From Lingula anatina (Eukaryota > Animalia > Brachiopoda): a stretch of 64,000 nucleotides of DNA. Shown piece by piece: positions 1 through 14,634 of the stretch. Both the position numbers and the translations under genes were made by a program. The first letter of the stretch is position 1; each line of letters starts with the position of its first letter. Where the stretch lies: assembly GCA_051362555.1 (NCBI GenBank), contig CM120643.1, positions 10,106,001-10,170,000 of the forward strand. The letters run 5' to 3'. The notes beneath the pieces were generated by a model that was not told the DNA's origin, did no database searches, and saw only the letters and a program-made list of their open reading frames with translations.

Positions 1-439
1 AATATTACTTACTATATGTTTCAGATATATAATGCTTTATTTTATAATACATACATCCAAGCACAATGAAGGGTTCAACTGTACAGTCTATAGCCTAAAT
101 GTTAAAAATTACAGGAACCTCTGGAATATAATTAACTCCGATTATATCATTTTTCCTAAAAGCCTTATGTCTCATCATTTGTCATCAAATAAGCATTTGG
201 CATTATACTTGAGCAAAACTACACCTAACTATACAAATTTTATAAACTACATGGATCTAAATATAATGAGCCATATGTGGCCTAATGAACTAAATATCAA
301 ATTCCCTTACAAGTAAATATACCAAGCTCCTATAGAAAAACACACTGTTCCTAAAATTACATGGGAAAATTGCAGGTAACCCTGTAATTTAAATTACTAC
401 TATTTACTGCTTGTAATATCATCCTATAAACAACTAAGT

Positions 440-755
440 CAGTGGCAGATTTAAGAAGGGTGTCAGGGGGTCCTGACCCCCCAACCTCCTTCAATTTCTG
501 AAAGAAATCACACCAATGGTCCCCTCTTTAAATTAGAATTTTGCCTAGCTGAATCATAGTTCTAAATCGTACCATACGGCACTGTTGTCCTCTAAAATAC
601 TCAAATTTTAGGGCCCCTTCAGCAGGCCCTGAACCCCATGCCAGGGTGGGGTGGGGGGGTGGGGGGAGGGGGAAGAAGGGTTGACTTTGCATTCGCGATC
701 TGTCATTCCTAAAAAAAAGGACACCCCCCTTCAAATAATCCTGGACCTGCCCCTG
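440..755. mobile_element. Short hAT-like MITE (CAGTGGCAGAT...CCTGCCCCTG)
   Basis: Imperfect CAG..CTG termini with G/C runs; related piece at about 30830-30945. Confidence 0.45.
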
Positions 756-1035
756 TGGCTCTTTTACACCTCATTCCAATTCTAATATAAGCCCACTCAT
801 AAAACAAGTTCATTTGTTGTCCTCAAAATCAACCATCTGTACAAAGAGGACCTTTCCTAAGGAGGTCAGAGGTCATTACTGAACTTCACAAGGGACACTT
901 TTCCCCTTTAAAACATTACTGGGTGTGGGGCCACAGAAACAATGTATTATCATGAATCAAGAGACATTGGTTGAAAAAGCCAAGACACGTTCTGGTCATA
1001 TTTTCTGTTATGATTTGGCCATTAACAAGACATTA

Positions 1036-4000
1036 CTAAAGAAACAATAGAACGCAGTCTCGTCGAACCACTCTAGTAGTATGCAGTCCAATGGTCACCT
1101 CTACATCACTAGGAAAGTCGCATTTCACCTGACCATATACAAACAACTGTTCAGGTCCAACTTCCAAGTTTGACTCCAATTCCCCATCATCTTTAGCAAC
1201 CTGGCTCAACTCCAACTTCAAATCATTTTCAGCACCCTGCCCACCATCTCCAAGGGAAGCAGAGACAATAGTTACATATTCGTCCACTTCTAGCTCTCTG
1301 TCAACTGGAACCAATGTATTGGCAACATCTACTGGAACTGCGGTTCCTAAAACGGGAAGGGTTCTTAACATGCCCTGCTGCAGGTGATGATCAGCACTGT
1401 CATGAAGCTCCCGGACATCAAGTCTGTCCAACTCCTTATGAATGTCTTCTTCTTTGCATTTCAATATGGGAACCACATACAGAATGGAACTGCTCAGAGA
1501 GATATCAGGTAGAAGTCTATTGATGACATCTGCTACGGTGAAGTACACGCTATCATCTGTGCTACCCCCACAGCTTTCCTGTCCCTCTCTGATATAAATT
1601 ATGGTAGATGAGGAAGTGGCTGTGTTCATTTGGGCAAAACAGCTTTGGGATTTCTGACTTCCTTCTAATTCCACTGCTTTGTATTTGAGGCATGTCTGTA
1701 TTTCATCCATTCCAATGACCTTCACCCGGTGAAGAACAATAGGAATATTGGTAATGGATTTTTCATCAGAATCCTGAGCAATATGCCCAACCATGTACCA
1801 CTGATGACGTGCTATCCTTTCAATGGCCTTTGCAAAAATTGTGGAAGAGATCCTTTGCTGTATATGCTGTGCCAGTAGCTGTTCTGAGCTGTTTTGGGTA
1901 TCGCCATTCTCCACTAAATGCTCCTCTACAACATCTGTAAGACGTTTAGGCTGCAAAGATTGGGGTAAACTATTCAGCAAATCCTCAAAATTGTGGGTCC
2001 GAACTCCACATTCATTCAGGTCGACCAGAAATTCTTCATATTGGTACAAGGTCTGGATTCTGTCTGTGAGCCTCGGGGAGTTGATGTACACCAGCTTTTG
2101 GCTGGATAACAGCAAACCTTTCTTGCTTGGTAAGTAGAGGCAACGCAATGAATTCACTTGTTCTGGGAAAATAAGCATTGCTTTAAACAGTCCGTTGACG
2201 GCTCTGTATACACTTCGCAGGATATTTGGATTCTTTGTGACATCCTTGTCTTTGTGCTGCTTATAAAGATCAACCAAGACAGCTGCATACTGTCCAACAG
2301 AGGGGCTCTCTGTGCAGCCAAGATAGGTAAATAGACTGAAGAATTCTCCAAATTCTGAAGGTGCTTTGTACAAATGTGGGGGCACTGCCTTGTCTTCATA
2401 CATATTCAGCACTACCCTCTTCGGCTTGGCAAATCGTTTATGATCATCCACCAAGATAACTGACTTGGTTCCTAAAGCCTTTTTGGTGTCATCATTTTGT
2501 AACCCATTCTCCTTCAAATACATGTAGATAAATTTCATCACTTCTGAAACAACAGCACGTTCACAGGAAGGTATCATTCTACTGCTGGGACCTTTCTGGC
2601 TGGTATGGAACTTATCAGACAATGCAGAGATGTGACACAGAACCATAGACAAGGTAGGTTTCTGCAGTATGCCTAGTTCTGTTGCCAATGCATGAGAATC
2701 CAAACCTTTGCAATTTACACTGTATTTCCATGGATTAGCCCAATCAGGGAGAAGATTAGCACTTGTCCATACTAAGGCCTCATGTTCACATGGTACAGAA
2801 GATCTCAAGGGGAAAAAACTGTGGCCATATTGCTTCATCAGGTTAACATAACATGGACTGGCAGGCTGTGCACATACAAATGGTATATCTCGGACAGAAA
2901 ACAGGATGGATTTTAAATCCTTTGCTGACCACTCTTGTTGGTTTGACATCAAATTCCTCACTAACACCTTGGACTGGTCAGCATTTTTTGTCCTGGCCAC
3001 CTCTTGCACATATGTTACAAACATCTCCTTGCTTACAGAACTCACCATGCCAATCATTCTAAGAAAAGGAATCCACTGCCAGGTGTTAAATGGTGGGACA
3101 CAACTTGGTGGAAAATTGCACTGCATAGATTGAAATATCTCATTGGAGGGATCATAGAAATGACTTGCAGTTTGTTGGCGCTGTTCCCTACTGTCAAATA
3201 AAAATGGTAATTCTTTCAAATCTTCTAACAAAGCATCCCTCATTTCCTTCTTTTCACCAGTTGCATTATTGTCTGAAAGGTATGATTGGTATAAAAATTT
3301 CAAATGATGTGCTTGGCCTGTTTGGGAGAGATACTCAAAATGCTTGAATATGAATTCGCAATACACCTCAACAACTGTGAGTTTCTTGAAGTTCAGAAAA
3401 TCATAGAGTGGCTCCAAGTCTTCATCATGTTGCAAGAAAATAAGCCCTTTTGAAGTCTTCCAAGCTTCCATGTCAATGGGAGGGATGCCACGAGGTAGTG
3501 TGTACACACGGTTCATTCCTATCTTCAAAATTTTGCCATGCACAGTTCTGAAAACTGGTAACTCAAGAAGTTTTTCCTTACAGCCCACAACATTCTTTAA
3601 TGCTGAGACGCGATAGGAGAAAAACTTGAGAATCTGTGTTGAGCTGTATTCTGGAGGTTGTGACTCTTGTAATTTCTCACAAAGTACTTTTAAAACTGTG
3701 TCAGCCTTGAACACACTCCCTGTGATATTCTGCAGAACAGCACAAGTACTTGGCATGAGAACTGCCACATTTAGAGACTGTAATATCTGCACCATTCCCC
3801 ATTCATCATTGTTCATGTTCCTATATATGTTTGCCCTAAAATTCATTACAACATATGCCCTATTGATACAAACTAAAACCTCTCTAGTACAGATTTTAGC
3901 TGGAATCAGAGCACAGTCATTAAGAGGTGCTAAATGTGGTAGTCCTGTACACTCCTCACTTAGGAATGTCCAAACCTCAGCAACCCATTGCTCATTTGGA

Positions 4001-7000
4001 AAATCTCCGTTTATGGGACAGGCAAATGTGTCATCAGGGAAAAGACATTCATACCTGCCCCCTGCGGCTTTTTGCTGTGCCAACAGCTCTGCAAAATCTG
4101 AGACAGCAAAATGATGAAGTTGGTCACAATGTTTCAATTCTATTCTTTTCTCCTCAAAGAACTTCTTTAAGTCCCTGTGAATAAAAGAAGAACAACACTC
4201 TGGGAGAAGATGATCATGTTTGGTAAAAAAACACTTGCCTTCCGAAGTGAACTGCCTCAGAAAACCATCTTTGGTCACAAGGAGAGGAAGACCATTTAGC
4301 TTTTGAGGAAATTGGTCACATTGATAAAGGTACTTCAGTAAGGTACACAATTTCGCTGTGTCTACAAAGATGGTATCTTTCAGTGGCATGGGTAGTTCAC
4401 CTCCTACTGAACAGGCTGGGGAGGTTCCAAAAGTTTTGAAGAATTCCAAGACACTCTCTGGTGAAACACAAGGAATGTCAGAGCCCACATCAGAAAAACA
4501 TTTCTTCAGTCTGCCATCTTTTATATGCATCAGGTTAAAGCCTGATCTTAGAAGGATTTGTTCCACAATTTGAGGCATCTTCAATTCTTCCTTCCTCCTC
4601 AACAGGTCAACACCAGCATTACTGGTTTGAGTTTCATTTCTGCCAACTTCATGTAATGTATTAAAGAATGCACTCTCTCCATTCATGATTCCACTTGGGG
4701 GAAACCAAAGAACCTGAAACAGGTTTTCCTGTCTGTCTGTGTGCTCTTTTTTCATCCTGGGGCAGGGTTTGAGGACAGGCAGAAGAGGCACTTGCTGGGC
4801 CACAACAGCTTTGAAAAAACTGATGGACATGGGCTTCCACAATGATATTTTGAAAAGATCAATTGGAAATAATCTACTGTATGTAGACAGGCATCTGTCT
4901 ATGGAATACCATGGGCTTTTAGAAATGCTGGATTGTGGGAAATATGCGCTTCTCATGTGTTTCACAAGTTTCACAAAGCATGGTGCCAAAACATTTTCTT
5001 GTAAAAAAAGATTCCATCTACCTGAAGATTTATCATCATTTGGGATTGTTCTGCGATCCTCATATCCCAGCTCAAAATGGCCATTAAGCATCACACTGAG
5101 CCCAGTTTTTATAGGCAATGGCAAAAGACAGGCAGCAACATAACTGTAGTTATGCTGCCGTAGATAGTCAGTGTGTTTCTTGCTACTTTCAGTCTTGTGC
5201 CCAGAAAAAGAGGAATATGTTTGTCTCTCTGTATATTTTGGAAACCTTCTGTCTATTTCTTCTGTCAATGCAGCTTTACCTTTCCAATGCTCCTTTGTAT
5301 CTTTCAATGCAGCAACAGCTCCAAGGGGAAGAAGGTCAGACTTTTTTTCAATTAAAACTGAGGTGGTGATCTGCCCATCATCTTCTGATTTTTGGATCAC
5401 ACTATTTGGGTTAACCACAGCACCATTTCCAGTTGTGTCATCTTCCATATATCCTGCATCCAAGTTGCTACTATTGTTGTCAAGCCTCACATGTCCTGCA
5501 TAGTCTGTGCTGCCCCCTAATTGCTGTACAACTGACCACACTGAATCTACCAGGGGTTGGGCATCTAGTAGAGTCTGTATTGTAAGTTCATAAGTGACCT
5601 GACTAGAGGGTATTTCCAAAGCACCATATTTCCTGTTTTTCAAATGGTTTGCCACTGTTTGGACCTTTTCCTGAAATGAGTCATAGTCGCTGAAAAAACT
5701 TTGAGCAACTTCACTTGTGGATGAAAATTTATTCTTAAGTGTTCTCGTACTGCTGTCTATCTCTGATACATGTATTTGTTTGATATGCTTCAGAAATAGA
5801 AGCATCTGTGGCATTTCAGCTTTGAATGTCTCCAGCAGATCCTTCACTTTTCTTATATCTAGTGACTTCCAGGCAGGCAAGTCTTGGTCTGTACATGGCA
5901 AGTCTTGGTCTGTACATGAATCAACTTGTGGGGGATTTCTCAAGGGTAATCGGAATAGAGTTTTTCCTTGTAGGTCAAACTGTTCTTCCAACAAACAGCT
6001 TTTGACATCTGGGTAATCCTCAGCTAGTTCCTTTAAGTTAAACAGCTGTCCTGGGGAGCCTACTGTTGCTCCTGGAACATACTTCCGCAGAGGATCAAAC
6101 ACACAACATATATCCTCATATTTACCCTGGCGGTCCTGCAAAACCTCAAAAGAAGACCCACGCGTAACAATCCATGGTGTGTCAGTAATGTGGTAAACGG
6201 AGTTAAAACCAATCCCAAATTGCCCTGTCTTGTAGGGGTTTCTGGACTTGTTCTCCATTTCACTCTGATCACTCCCTAAAGTGGCAATTGCTGTTAAGTC
6301 TGAATCAGTAAATGGGGCATTGTTGAAAATGCAAAGTGCCGGTCCTTGCATCTGTTTCCAGCTTTCTCCAGGCACATATTTTGAGTTGTGAGTGCGCTGA
6401 TCAAGCACAAAGTGCACCTCGGTTGCTCCAGCATCATCAGCATTTTGTAGAACCTCTTTAAACATATCCTCTGGGCTGTAACCTTTAAGGATTCTTGTGA
6501 TACTCGTTTCTAGTTGCACTTGCTGTCCAAAAGGGATACTGCTTGAGTACTTACTCAGAACTCCTTCATGAGGCTGCTTAATTCCTAAACATTCATAATC
6601 CTTCAACCTAACATCACAGTGCAAAAAGAGCACTTTTCTCTGAGGTAAATTGGGATTCCACACTGTCAGTTCATTTGCCCTTTGGAAGATTCCATGGATA
6701 TCTGGTAAAACTATATCGCCCAACATCTCTAAGTCTTTTGACTTTTCTTCTTTGAGTTGTTCAATGAGCATCTTGGCAACTTTCTCTGCTTTTTCAATGA
6801 GTGGATTAGGTTTTTCTTCATCACTGACTGTCACGTCTGACATCTTTTTCAGAGCAGCAATATAGTCAGCAACATCAAAATGGTGACGAACCCCTAGACA
6901 AGTGAAAAGCTGTCCAAACTGGCTAATATATTCCTTTGGTAGTGCATACAGATATGGTTCACAAGATTTCTTCAAAGAAAACACTACATCTTTGGGTCGG

Positions 7001-10000
7001 ACAAAGTGATCATCTACCAACACAACAGGGAGTCCTTTGAGAGCTCTACTGATGTCTTGCTGTTTCTGTTCTTGTTTGCACAGTTCTTGCAAGTATGAAT
7101 AAATATGGCGCATTAACCTCTGTACATTGGACAATTGGTTTGGCAATATATCCTTCAACCCATAACTGATTGCAGCTTGCATCTGCACTTGAATTGTTTC
7201 AATTCCAGGGTTTGTCACACAACCTATAAACTGGAATGTCTCTAGAGGAATATGATTCAGTGTAGATGCACCTCTTGTGAAAAGTGTTTCATCAACTATG
7301 GGCATGGCTGATCCAACCAGATCAATGACCTTCAAAAGCCCCATATTCTGTGGGGCATCATACAATATATCTTTCTTTTCTTTGTGGTCAAACAACGGCA
7401 AAGGGTATTCTGGAAAAGTTTGCAAAACTGGCAAGAAGGGTATGGACTTCAACTCTTCAAGTTCACACTTTTCCACATGTACATCATCAACACCCCTTCC
7501 CTCCATTCTCTTGAATCCAATAAACATTAAAATGTTCAGTATACGCCTAACCCTGATGCTTCTGTCTGAAATGGACAGAGTTTGTTTTGCACACTGAGAT
7601 ACTTCAGCCCATGTGATATCACCCACTGTGCACCGCATTCCCAACTTTTGTAAAAAATAGGACTGTTCTCTGTATTCTTGTAAAGGAAACACTCCATCTT
7701 CTTCAGTGAACAAGATACTTTGCATTCCTCTTTCGCTTACCAATTTCCCAGGCGTTTCAAGCACATTTCCAGATGGCATGACAGGAATGCACTTTTGGGT
7801 TCTTACAAAGCTTGCCATTTCCTCATCATTGGTTACAGATGGCAAGACATCATTTAGCATCAAAGTATCTCTCCATTTTGCAAAAGCTTGCATCTCAGCT
7901 ATGTTGGCAAAGAAAACTTCTTTGTAGAATCGCTGCCTGCTGTATTCATTGTTGAAATTCATTTCACATGATTTGAACTGTTCAACTATTTTCATTGGTA
8001 AATGAACTGCAATTTTGTTTCCGGGCTGTGTCTTCACCCACCACCTGAATATGTTGTAGGCAACCTCCCCTATGCCAACCTTGTCTTGGAATGATGGTTC
8101 CAGATATACTACTTCATGGAAATTTCTCCAACACTGACCATCTGTCAGAAGTTTGGGCTCATTAAGTGTCATCAACTTCCTGTGAAAAGACTGCAGAAAA
8201 TCTTCTGGGAGTTGTTTAACAGCCATTGGCCAAAGGATAAAGAAGTCCCCACCAATGTTGCAATATTCTTTGCATTTTTCCAAAAAGAAGATGTAGGCTT
8301 TAGGCAAAGTTTCACGAAGTAATGCTTCATTCCACTCTGCCATTACATTCTGTCTGTCATCTGCTGATCTCTGCACCAAATGGTTTCGACTGGATGTTGT
8401 AAGAAATGTGCCACTCACATGCACTGGAAGGCTTGTGGAAATAGGCAATGGGAGCTGACAGAAGAGTACACCTTCAGTAGGATTCAATGGCAGGGGTTTT
8501 AGCTTATTTCCACGTGACTGCACTGGTAAAGCTATTGATGCAACAGGCAGTGTGCCTTCATTTTTTCCTTTGACTGCCAGGCTGAAAGCCTCCCCAGTGC
8601 TCATATACGATGTTAAAAAGTATTCCCTGGTTTTATCTTTTGCAACCATCTGAAGAAGCTCTCCACCATAGGGCCGAGTACTGCATGTAATGCTAAAATG
8701 ACACATGCATTTGAGTTCTGTGTGGTCTTCTTTTCTCTGTACAGCATTACTTGCAGCGTGCAATATTCTAGTTGCCTGGATCAATTGCTGTTTTTCTTTA
8801 TCTAGCTTTTTTGCTGGCTTTGGAAGTGTCGTCTTATAATTGACAACTGGTTGTATACACCTCTTCGGTATATCTTTCTCAATAATAAAGATCTCAACAG
8901 CATCACTTGGATCTTTTGAGTTTACGGGAAGATACCACAAAGAGAACTTGACCACATTCTGAATGAAGAGCAAAAGTGATTCTGATCTGTCTATAGTCAA
9001 CCTAAAAAGATCTAACACATCCTCTTTTGTGTATGGTTTTCCTGGTTTAAGTTCTGTCTTTTGTGACTGCTGGTTTGTTCTCAGTGGAAGTCGAAACAGA
9101 GTTCCATTGAATCTGTTGTTCATCCGACATTGAAAGATGTTCTCAAATGGAGCAAGTTGATCTGCTATCATCCCTCTATTGTGAGTCTTATCCAAGTCAA
9201 TTTTCACACCTGGCTTGCTTTTGTCCTTAATGGCTCTACCCAAATGATGTGCATTTGGGTCAAAGATGACAAAATTATTCTGACTGATGAAACTGGGGGT
9301 GTCTGTAATGTTGTAAACAATATTGAACCCTTTTCCAAACCTACCAATGGTTGCTGCATCTTCTTTCTTCATTCCACCACCAACTTTAATAATACGTTCA
9401 AAATCAACAGGCTTAAATACCGCATCATTGTAGACCCAAAGTGCCTGTCCCTGGCATTCAGCCATCCCCTTATCAATGAGACTTTTACGGTAATCTTTGT
9501 TCTCCCGTGCATCAAACAAAAATCGAACCTCTGTAGCTCCAGCATCATCAGCATTCTGTATCATCTCCTTTATGAAAGCAAAACCATCTTGGTAGCCATC
9601 TAGAATATTGCTGATAATGCTGCACAATGACTGGCCCTGACCAAACTCCTCAAAAGGCAGATCCTCTGGCTTCAACAGATGTCTCAATAGGGGAGGTACC
9701 CCCAAGTCATCTGCTGTTGCAATTGGAATATCTCTGTGCAAAACATGGACATTTTCTTTTTCTAACTCCAGGCTTATATCTTTGCCAAGATGCTCTGCAT
9801 CAAGAAAGACACATTTACTGCTAACCCCAAATTTAAGTTGTCCTGAAGAGCGCAGCGGCATTGGTATGTCATCAGGGACGGTGCCTCCATCTTTTGCTAA
9901 TTTTGAAAGTTGGTTCAGAATTTCTACTGAGAGTTTGAGGTCCGAACTTTCACTGTTGGCCAAGATGCCAAGTGGAAGTTGTTGGGAACCATCATATTTC

Positions 10001-11867
10001 TCTTTCATCTGGATGAGTACATCAAGGTACGGCTCAAAAGAAGTCAAACTTTTGAAAGGCAAATGATCTTTTGCAAAGAAATCTGGCACTGTGTACATAT
10101 ACGGCCTGAGGTCTAGAACAGAGTCTGAACAAAGCACCTGATCTTGAGAAGCAAACCCATTGCCATGCCAAATCCACTGGCTGAGAGCCTGCCTACCAAC
10201 CTCTGCTATGGCAGCTTCTGCATGCTGTTCCAAAAAGTGGTAAATCTTGTTTACAATCAATTCAAACAATGTCTTTTCTTCTTCGTTGTAATTCTTCTGA
10301 AGTATAGCAAGCTGCTGAACTACAGACCTGACATCTGGCGGAGAATCCATATTGAAATGTTCAACAATTGAGGCTTCAGCTTCTTTGTCTCCTGGTATTC
10401 CTTCCCAAAGTGGCTGCACAGAACCTATCAAGTACGTTGATACGTCATTCATCTTCTTTAGAGTGGTTGGCTTTTGAAATATCTTAGTATCGTTCCACCA
10501 TGGTAGGCTTATTGGATATGGTATATTTTTGGGTGGCTCACAACACATGGGCAACCAGTGTAGGTCCAACAAAAGACCTTTGAGATGACAGACATTGTTA
10601 GGAATGGATAAGGGAAACTGTTGAAGCAGTCTTGGTCGCTTCCCAAGGAAAGAGGCAATGGCCTGGGACTTTCTTTTCAACACTTCACAAGTAGTTGGGT
10701 CTGCTGCTGTAGCTGCTCTGGTATCAACATCTTTGACAGCTGTCAAAACATCATCTGCTGTCAAATCATCTTCATTTTTCATGCCAACTTTAACCAGTTG
10801 TGGAATGATGGTGCCCCTAGTAAAAGGATCAACTGGAAAGGCATCCTGATCTTTAAATAACTCTTGGAGAATTCTACTTTGTGGGTTGCAAGTTTTACTA
10901 GGCAGAGCAAAACCATTTCTGGTTGGAATGCAATGGAGACGTTGAACCTGTTCCACTATTTCCTTTTCATTGATTAGCTCACTATGTTGTAGCATGAACA
11001 ATGAAATATCTTTCATGTATCTTTCTGCAAAAACACCACCCTTTTTGAGCTCTGGTAGGATATGTGTGGAAAATATGGACACTTGCGTGTGGATGACACA
11101 CTGGCCAAGGACCTTCACAAGATGTTCACACTCGGGCAAAGTAACATCTATAATGGTCCAAGGTAACGACACCTGGGGAAGATATTTCAATTTCACTGCG
11201 TCCTTGGCATCATCCAGTGCCAGCAGTTTTTCGTCCATCTTTGCTTTTTCATCAAATTCAGCTGAGCTACACTGAGGACCAATTCTTTGGAAGATTTCAA
11301 GCTTTCTCACTATATTCTTGTGCCGTTCTATGTCACCAGACTGTGATATGAATGTTCTGAAGACTTTTCTAACAGAAGCATCAAGTTTGTTGAAGGCAGT
11401 TATAACTTTATTTCCTTTGTATTGGTACTGCCTTGACAAGGACTGTAATACACCATCTGGTGAGGGGAGTGCTACCCGATGATCAAATATTGCTTGGTGG
11501 TTTCCAGCCTTGTCAAGTACTGAAGTTGCAAGAGGCACACCAAGGGTTTGCAGAAGCTTTGCTATATCTTGAGATATGCTTTTACCTTGGTGCTGTACAA
11601 GCTGAATGCTAATAGAAGATGATCTTGCAGGCAGATGTAACTGAACATACCTTCCATCATTAAGATGAACTGGAAGAATTGGCAAACCTTCAAACCTCTG
11701 CAAATCTCGGAAATTCTGGCACAGGTAGCCCCACACTTTATCAAGCCAGGCTCTGTTCTGTGGATCTAGGTCTGTGTTGTTTTTCAACTTTTTTGCTTGG
11801 ACTGCGTCAGGTAAGAGTTGGCTGAACCCCTCTTCATCAAGCATACACAGTTGAGTTTCACCCCTGC
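1036..11867 (-). CDS. Sacsin-like gene A, giant terminal exon 5 (sacsin repeats 2 and 3 plus C-terminal region); spliced protein about 4311 aa
   Basis: 3643-aa ORF; acceptor TTTTAG|GC gives the required phase 1; repeat 2 EFGQ..EMIQNADDAG..GRFGKGF near 9650-9320; repeat 3 PFGQ..EVLQNADDAG..GQFGIGF near 6535-6200; a giant last exon is characteristic of sacsin genes. Confidence 0.93.
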
Positions 11868-12915
11868 CTAAAATTGTTGTAAAGACAAATTTGAGGATCA
11901 GAAATACAAAACTCTTATGGGTATATATCACTGGATGCAATTGGCATGTCAAAACTAAATCAAACAAAGATGTCTAAAACTATTTGTAAAGAGATTTTGA
12001 TTTACACTTACAATGGGTCTCATTCATGAAAATGAACTTATTGACTAAATGTAGCAGTATTTAGGAAACATCAATGTAAAGATGCATGAAGTTTATAAAT
12101 AATAGCAAGCAACCACTGAGCCAATTATTGGAAAAAAGGATGTTGACAGCACCTCATCTATTTTTGTGTATAATAGTAATTATATAAAATGTCATCTGAT
12201 ACAAATGCTTATACATCTAATATGGCAAATAGCGGCCATCCCAGTTTAAAGTTATTCTAAATTGCCATTTAAGTAATAAGGTTGAATAAGGTTACAATGC
12301 AACCTTAGTTCAATAAGGCAAAAAGTGTTCATGTACAGACACCAATCTGACCTCTAAAGAATAAGCCAAAAGTCAAATACAAATTCAGACTTGGAATGTC
12401 CACATGAGAACGAAATTTGAATTTTTTCAGTAAATGTACAATCCTATATTTCCTTCATTTAGTAAGATATTTATCATATTATTCTGAAAGGTTTTGTGAA
12501 GGATGCATCATATTGAATTAAATATGCAGAACACATTAAAACATACTGATGGCATCATCCAGAAATCTGGCAGAATAGTGATGAGATTAAAATATAAGAA
12601 ATTCGGGCACATGCTATAATTTGTAGTTTTTGAGAATGGCACTAGTGGTACTTCTTTCTTATGATAAGTGGTATATGCACTAAACATAAAATGAGCATCG
12701 GAAAACACACCATCTCTACTGACAAAATAATACACACTGGTGGTACATTAAACAACCAAGCTTGTTTGTAATGTACATGTCAACTTTATAGTGATAGACA
12801 AAAGAGATGTAAAACTACATATCATACACAATGTGCATTTGTGAAATGAAGTGTAGATGCTTTTGCATGAAATTGAATCACAAACATTTACCCTTCATGT
12901 GCCTCTACAACTTAC

Positions 12916-14634
12916 TTGATTCGGCTGATCTTGTCAATTTTTCCTTCACAACTTCATCACTGGCATGCAGGAATCTTTTTTCAAGTCCAGCAAATAGTTG
13001 TGTCATGTCATTTGCAGCGATGTATACAGGCTGAGATCTATGTTTTGAGAATGTTGTAAATGTGCCATCAGCCAAAGGCAAAAGTTTCAAACCTTGGAGT
13101 TTAACAACTGGCAGATTATCAAGTAGATACCTCAGCAGTTCAAACTTCTGAGTGTTGGGGAACTTGCAATAACCATCGTGACTGGCCAAAGAATCTTTCA
13201 CAAGCTGGTGGTTGACATCTTTCGAGACAAAATTCAATCTGTCTTTTTTAGGACAAAAGTTCTGGATTGCATCAAGCACAAATGATGGAAGTTTGAGAGG
13301 ACAGTGCCCTGTTAACAGCATGATTTCATAAACTGCCTCACACAGGGATGGATTGTCTGGGAAATCAACAATTACAGCATCATCAAGAGATGTCCACTTG
13401 CCATCATAGGCCTTGGTGTAAAACATGTTACACTGAAAGAGCTGTACATACACTCTAGGCATTATCTTCTTCCACTTTTCATCCAACTTTTCCTCATCTG
13501 GGAAGCAGCTGATAACCTGCTCAGGAGAGATAGGGATACCCTGATTCATTGTAGCTTGAAAAAGAAGCTCCTGATATGCACAGGGAAGAACGTCCACCAG
13601 CAAGTGCTGGTTCCAAGCCTTGCACTTGTCCTGTGTGTGCTTGTCATCTGTGTTGGGCCACTGTAAGTCACTTCTCTCTGGGGTGAGTTCAAAGAAGCCA
13701 TTCACATGAACTGGGAGACCTGTGCCTCGACTATCAGCCAGAGGTAATGGAAGTGAACAAAACACATGGCCAAATGTTTTCTTCTCAACACTTGAAGCAT
13801 TTTTGTGTGGCAATGTGCAATGACTTGTTGCTTGACTGTGGAATATTCTTACTGGATCCAGGCAATTTGGTGAATCTTCTCTAGCAGTTAAATTCTCATC
13901 ATTGGTCTTTTGATCAGAATCTGACACTAGTGCCCCCTCTTGGGGATTGTTCAAAGTCAAAGGCATTGCAATACCCACCAATGGGATGTTCTTCACACAG
14001 TCTGGTTTTTTCACAAATTCCTGAGACTTCTTGGTACCACTACAAAAAGTGGTGACTAAATAGGTCTGTTCATCTTTCAGTTTATTCTGATGGTTTTCAG
14101 CCTTCAGGATTATGGGATAGGTCTCTCTCAAAGAATTCAATTCTTTATTGCTGACTCGTAATCTTTTCAAATGTTCTGGTAACTTGCTGTTGAATTGTTG
14201 CCTCTTATTCCTGACATCTTCGATGTTACTTATTTCTACAGCAAATAGCAACCTGGTTTCCTCATGATCTCGTCTGTACATCTCAATCTTTTCAACAGAC
14301 CTAAGGAAAAGTAACACCAGGAGTGCCTCCTCTTGGAAGGCTTTAAATAGTTCTTCGATACTGTCCCTGTCATACACATTGCTGGATATGGGTTGAGCAT
14401 GACGATGTTGAACATGACCAGCATTACGAAGAGGGAAACGGAACAAGGTACCATTATAGGGGTTCCCTTGAAATGTTTCAGCAGAACAGTCAAATACACC
14501 AAGAAATGGTTTGTACTGTTGGTGAAATGCCGCTATATCTGTAAGACCCCACCTTTCAGCTGCCTTTGGTTTGAAATATTCTCTGTAGGGATCAATCATA
14601 GCCATGTACTGGCCACTTATCACACAGGGGAGAT
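12916..14634 (-). CDS. Sacsin-like gene A, coding exon 4 (rest of repeat 1: GTLFRFPLR, GLPVHVNGFFEL..R, WNQHLL)
   Basis: Inside ORF 12905..14731; TTTCTTTCAG| acceptor, |GTAAG donor; 1719 nt, phase 1/1, compatible with neighbouring exons. Confidence 0.93.

Noticed and set aside
1-1035. J-domain/HEPN exon downstream of gene A
   Set aside because: The frames I read just past the stop and the listed ORFs show no HPD or HEPN-like sequence; the region looks like 3' UTR with a MITE
1314-11275. Many plus-strand ORFs of 60-160 aa
   Set aside because: Antisense shadows of the long sacsin exon with no motifs of their own
11868-11967. N-terminal extension of the 3643-aa ORF (also 14635-14731 and 43497-43694)
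   Set aside because: Intronic read-through beyond splice sites defined by phase and paralog comparison
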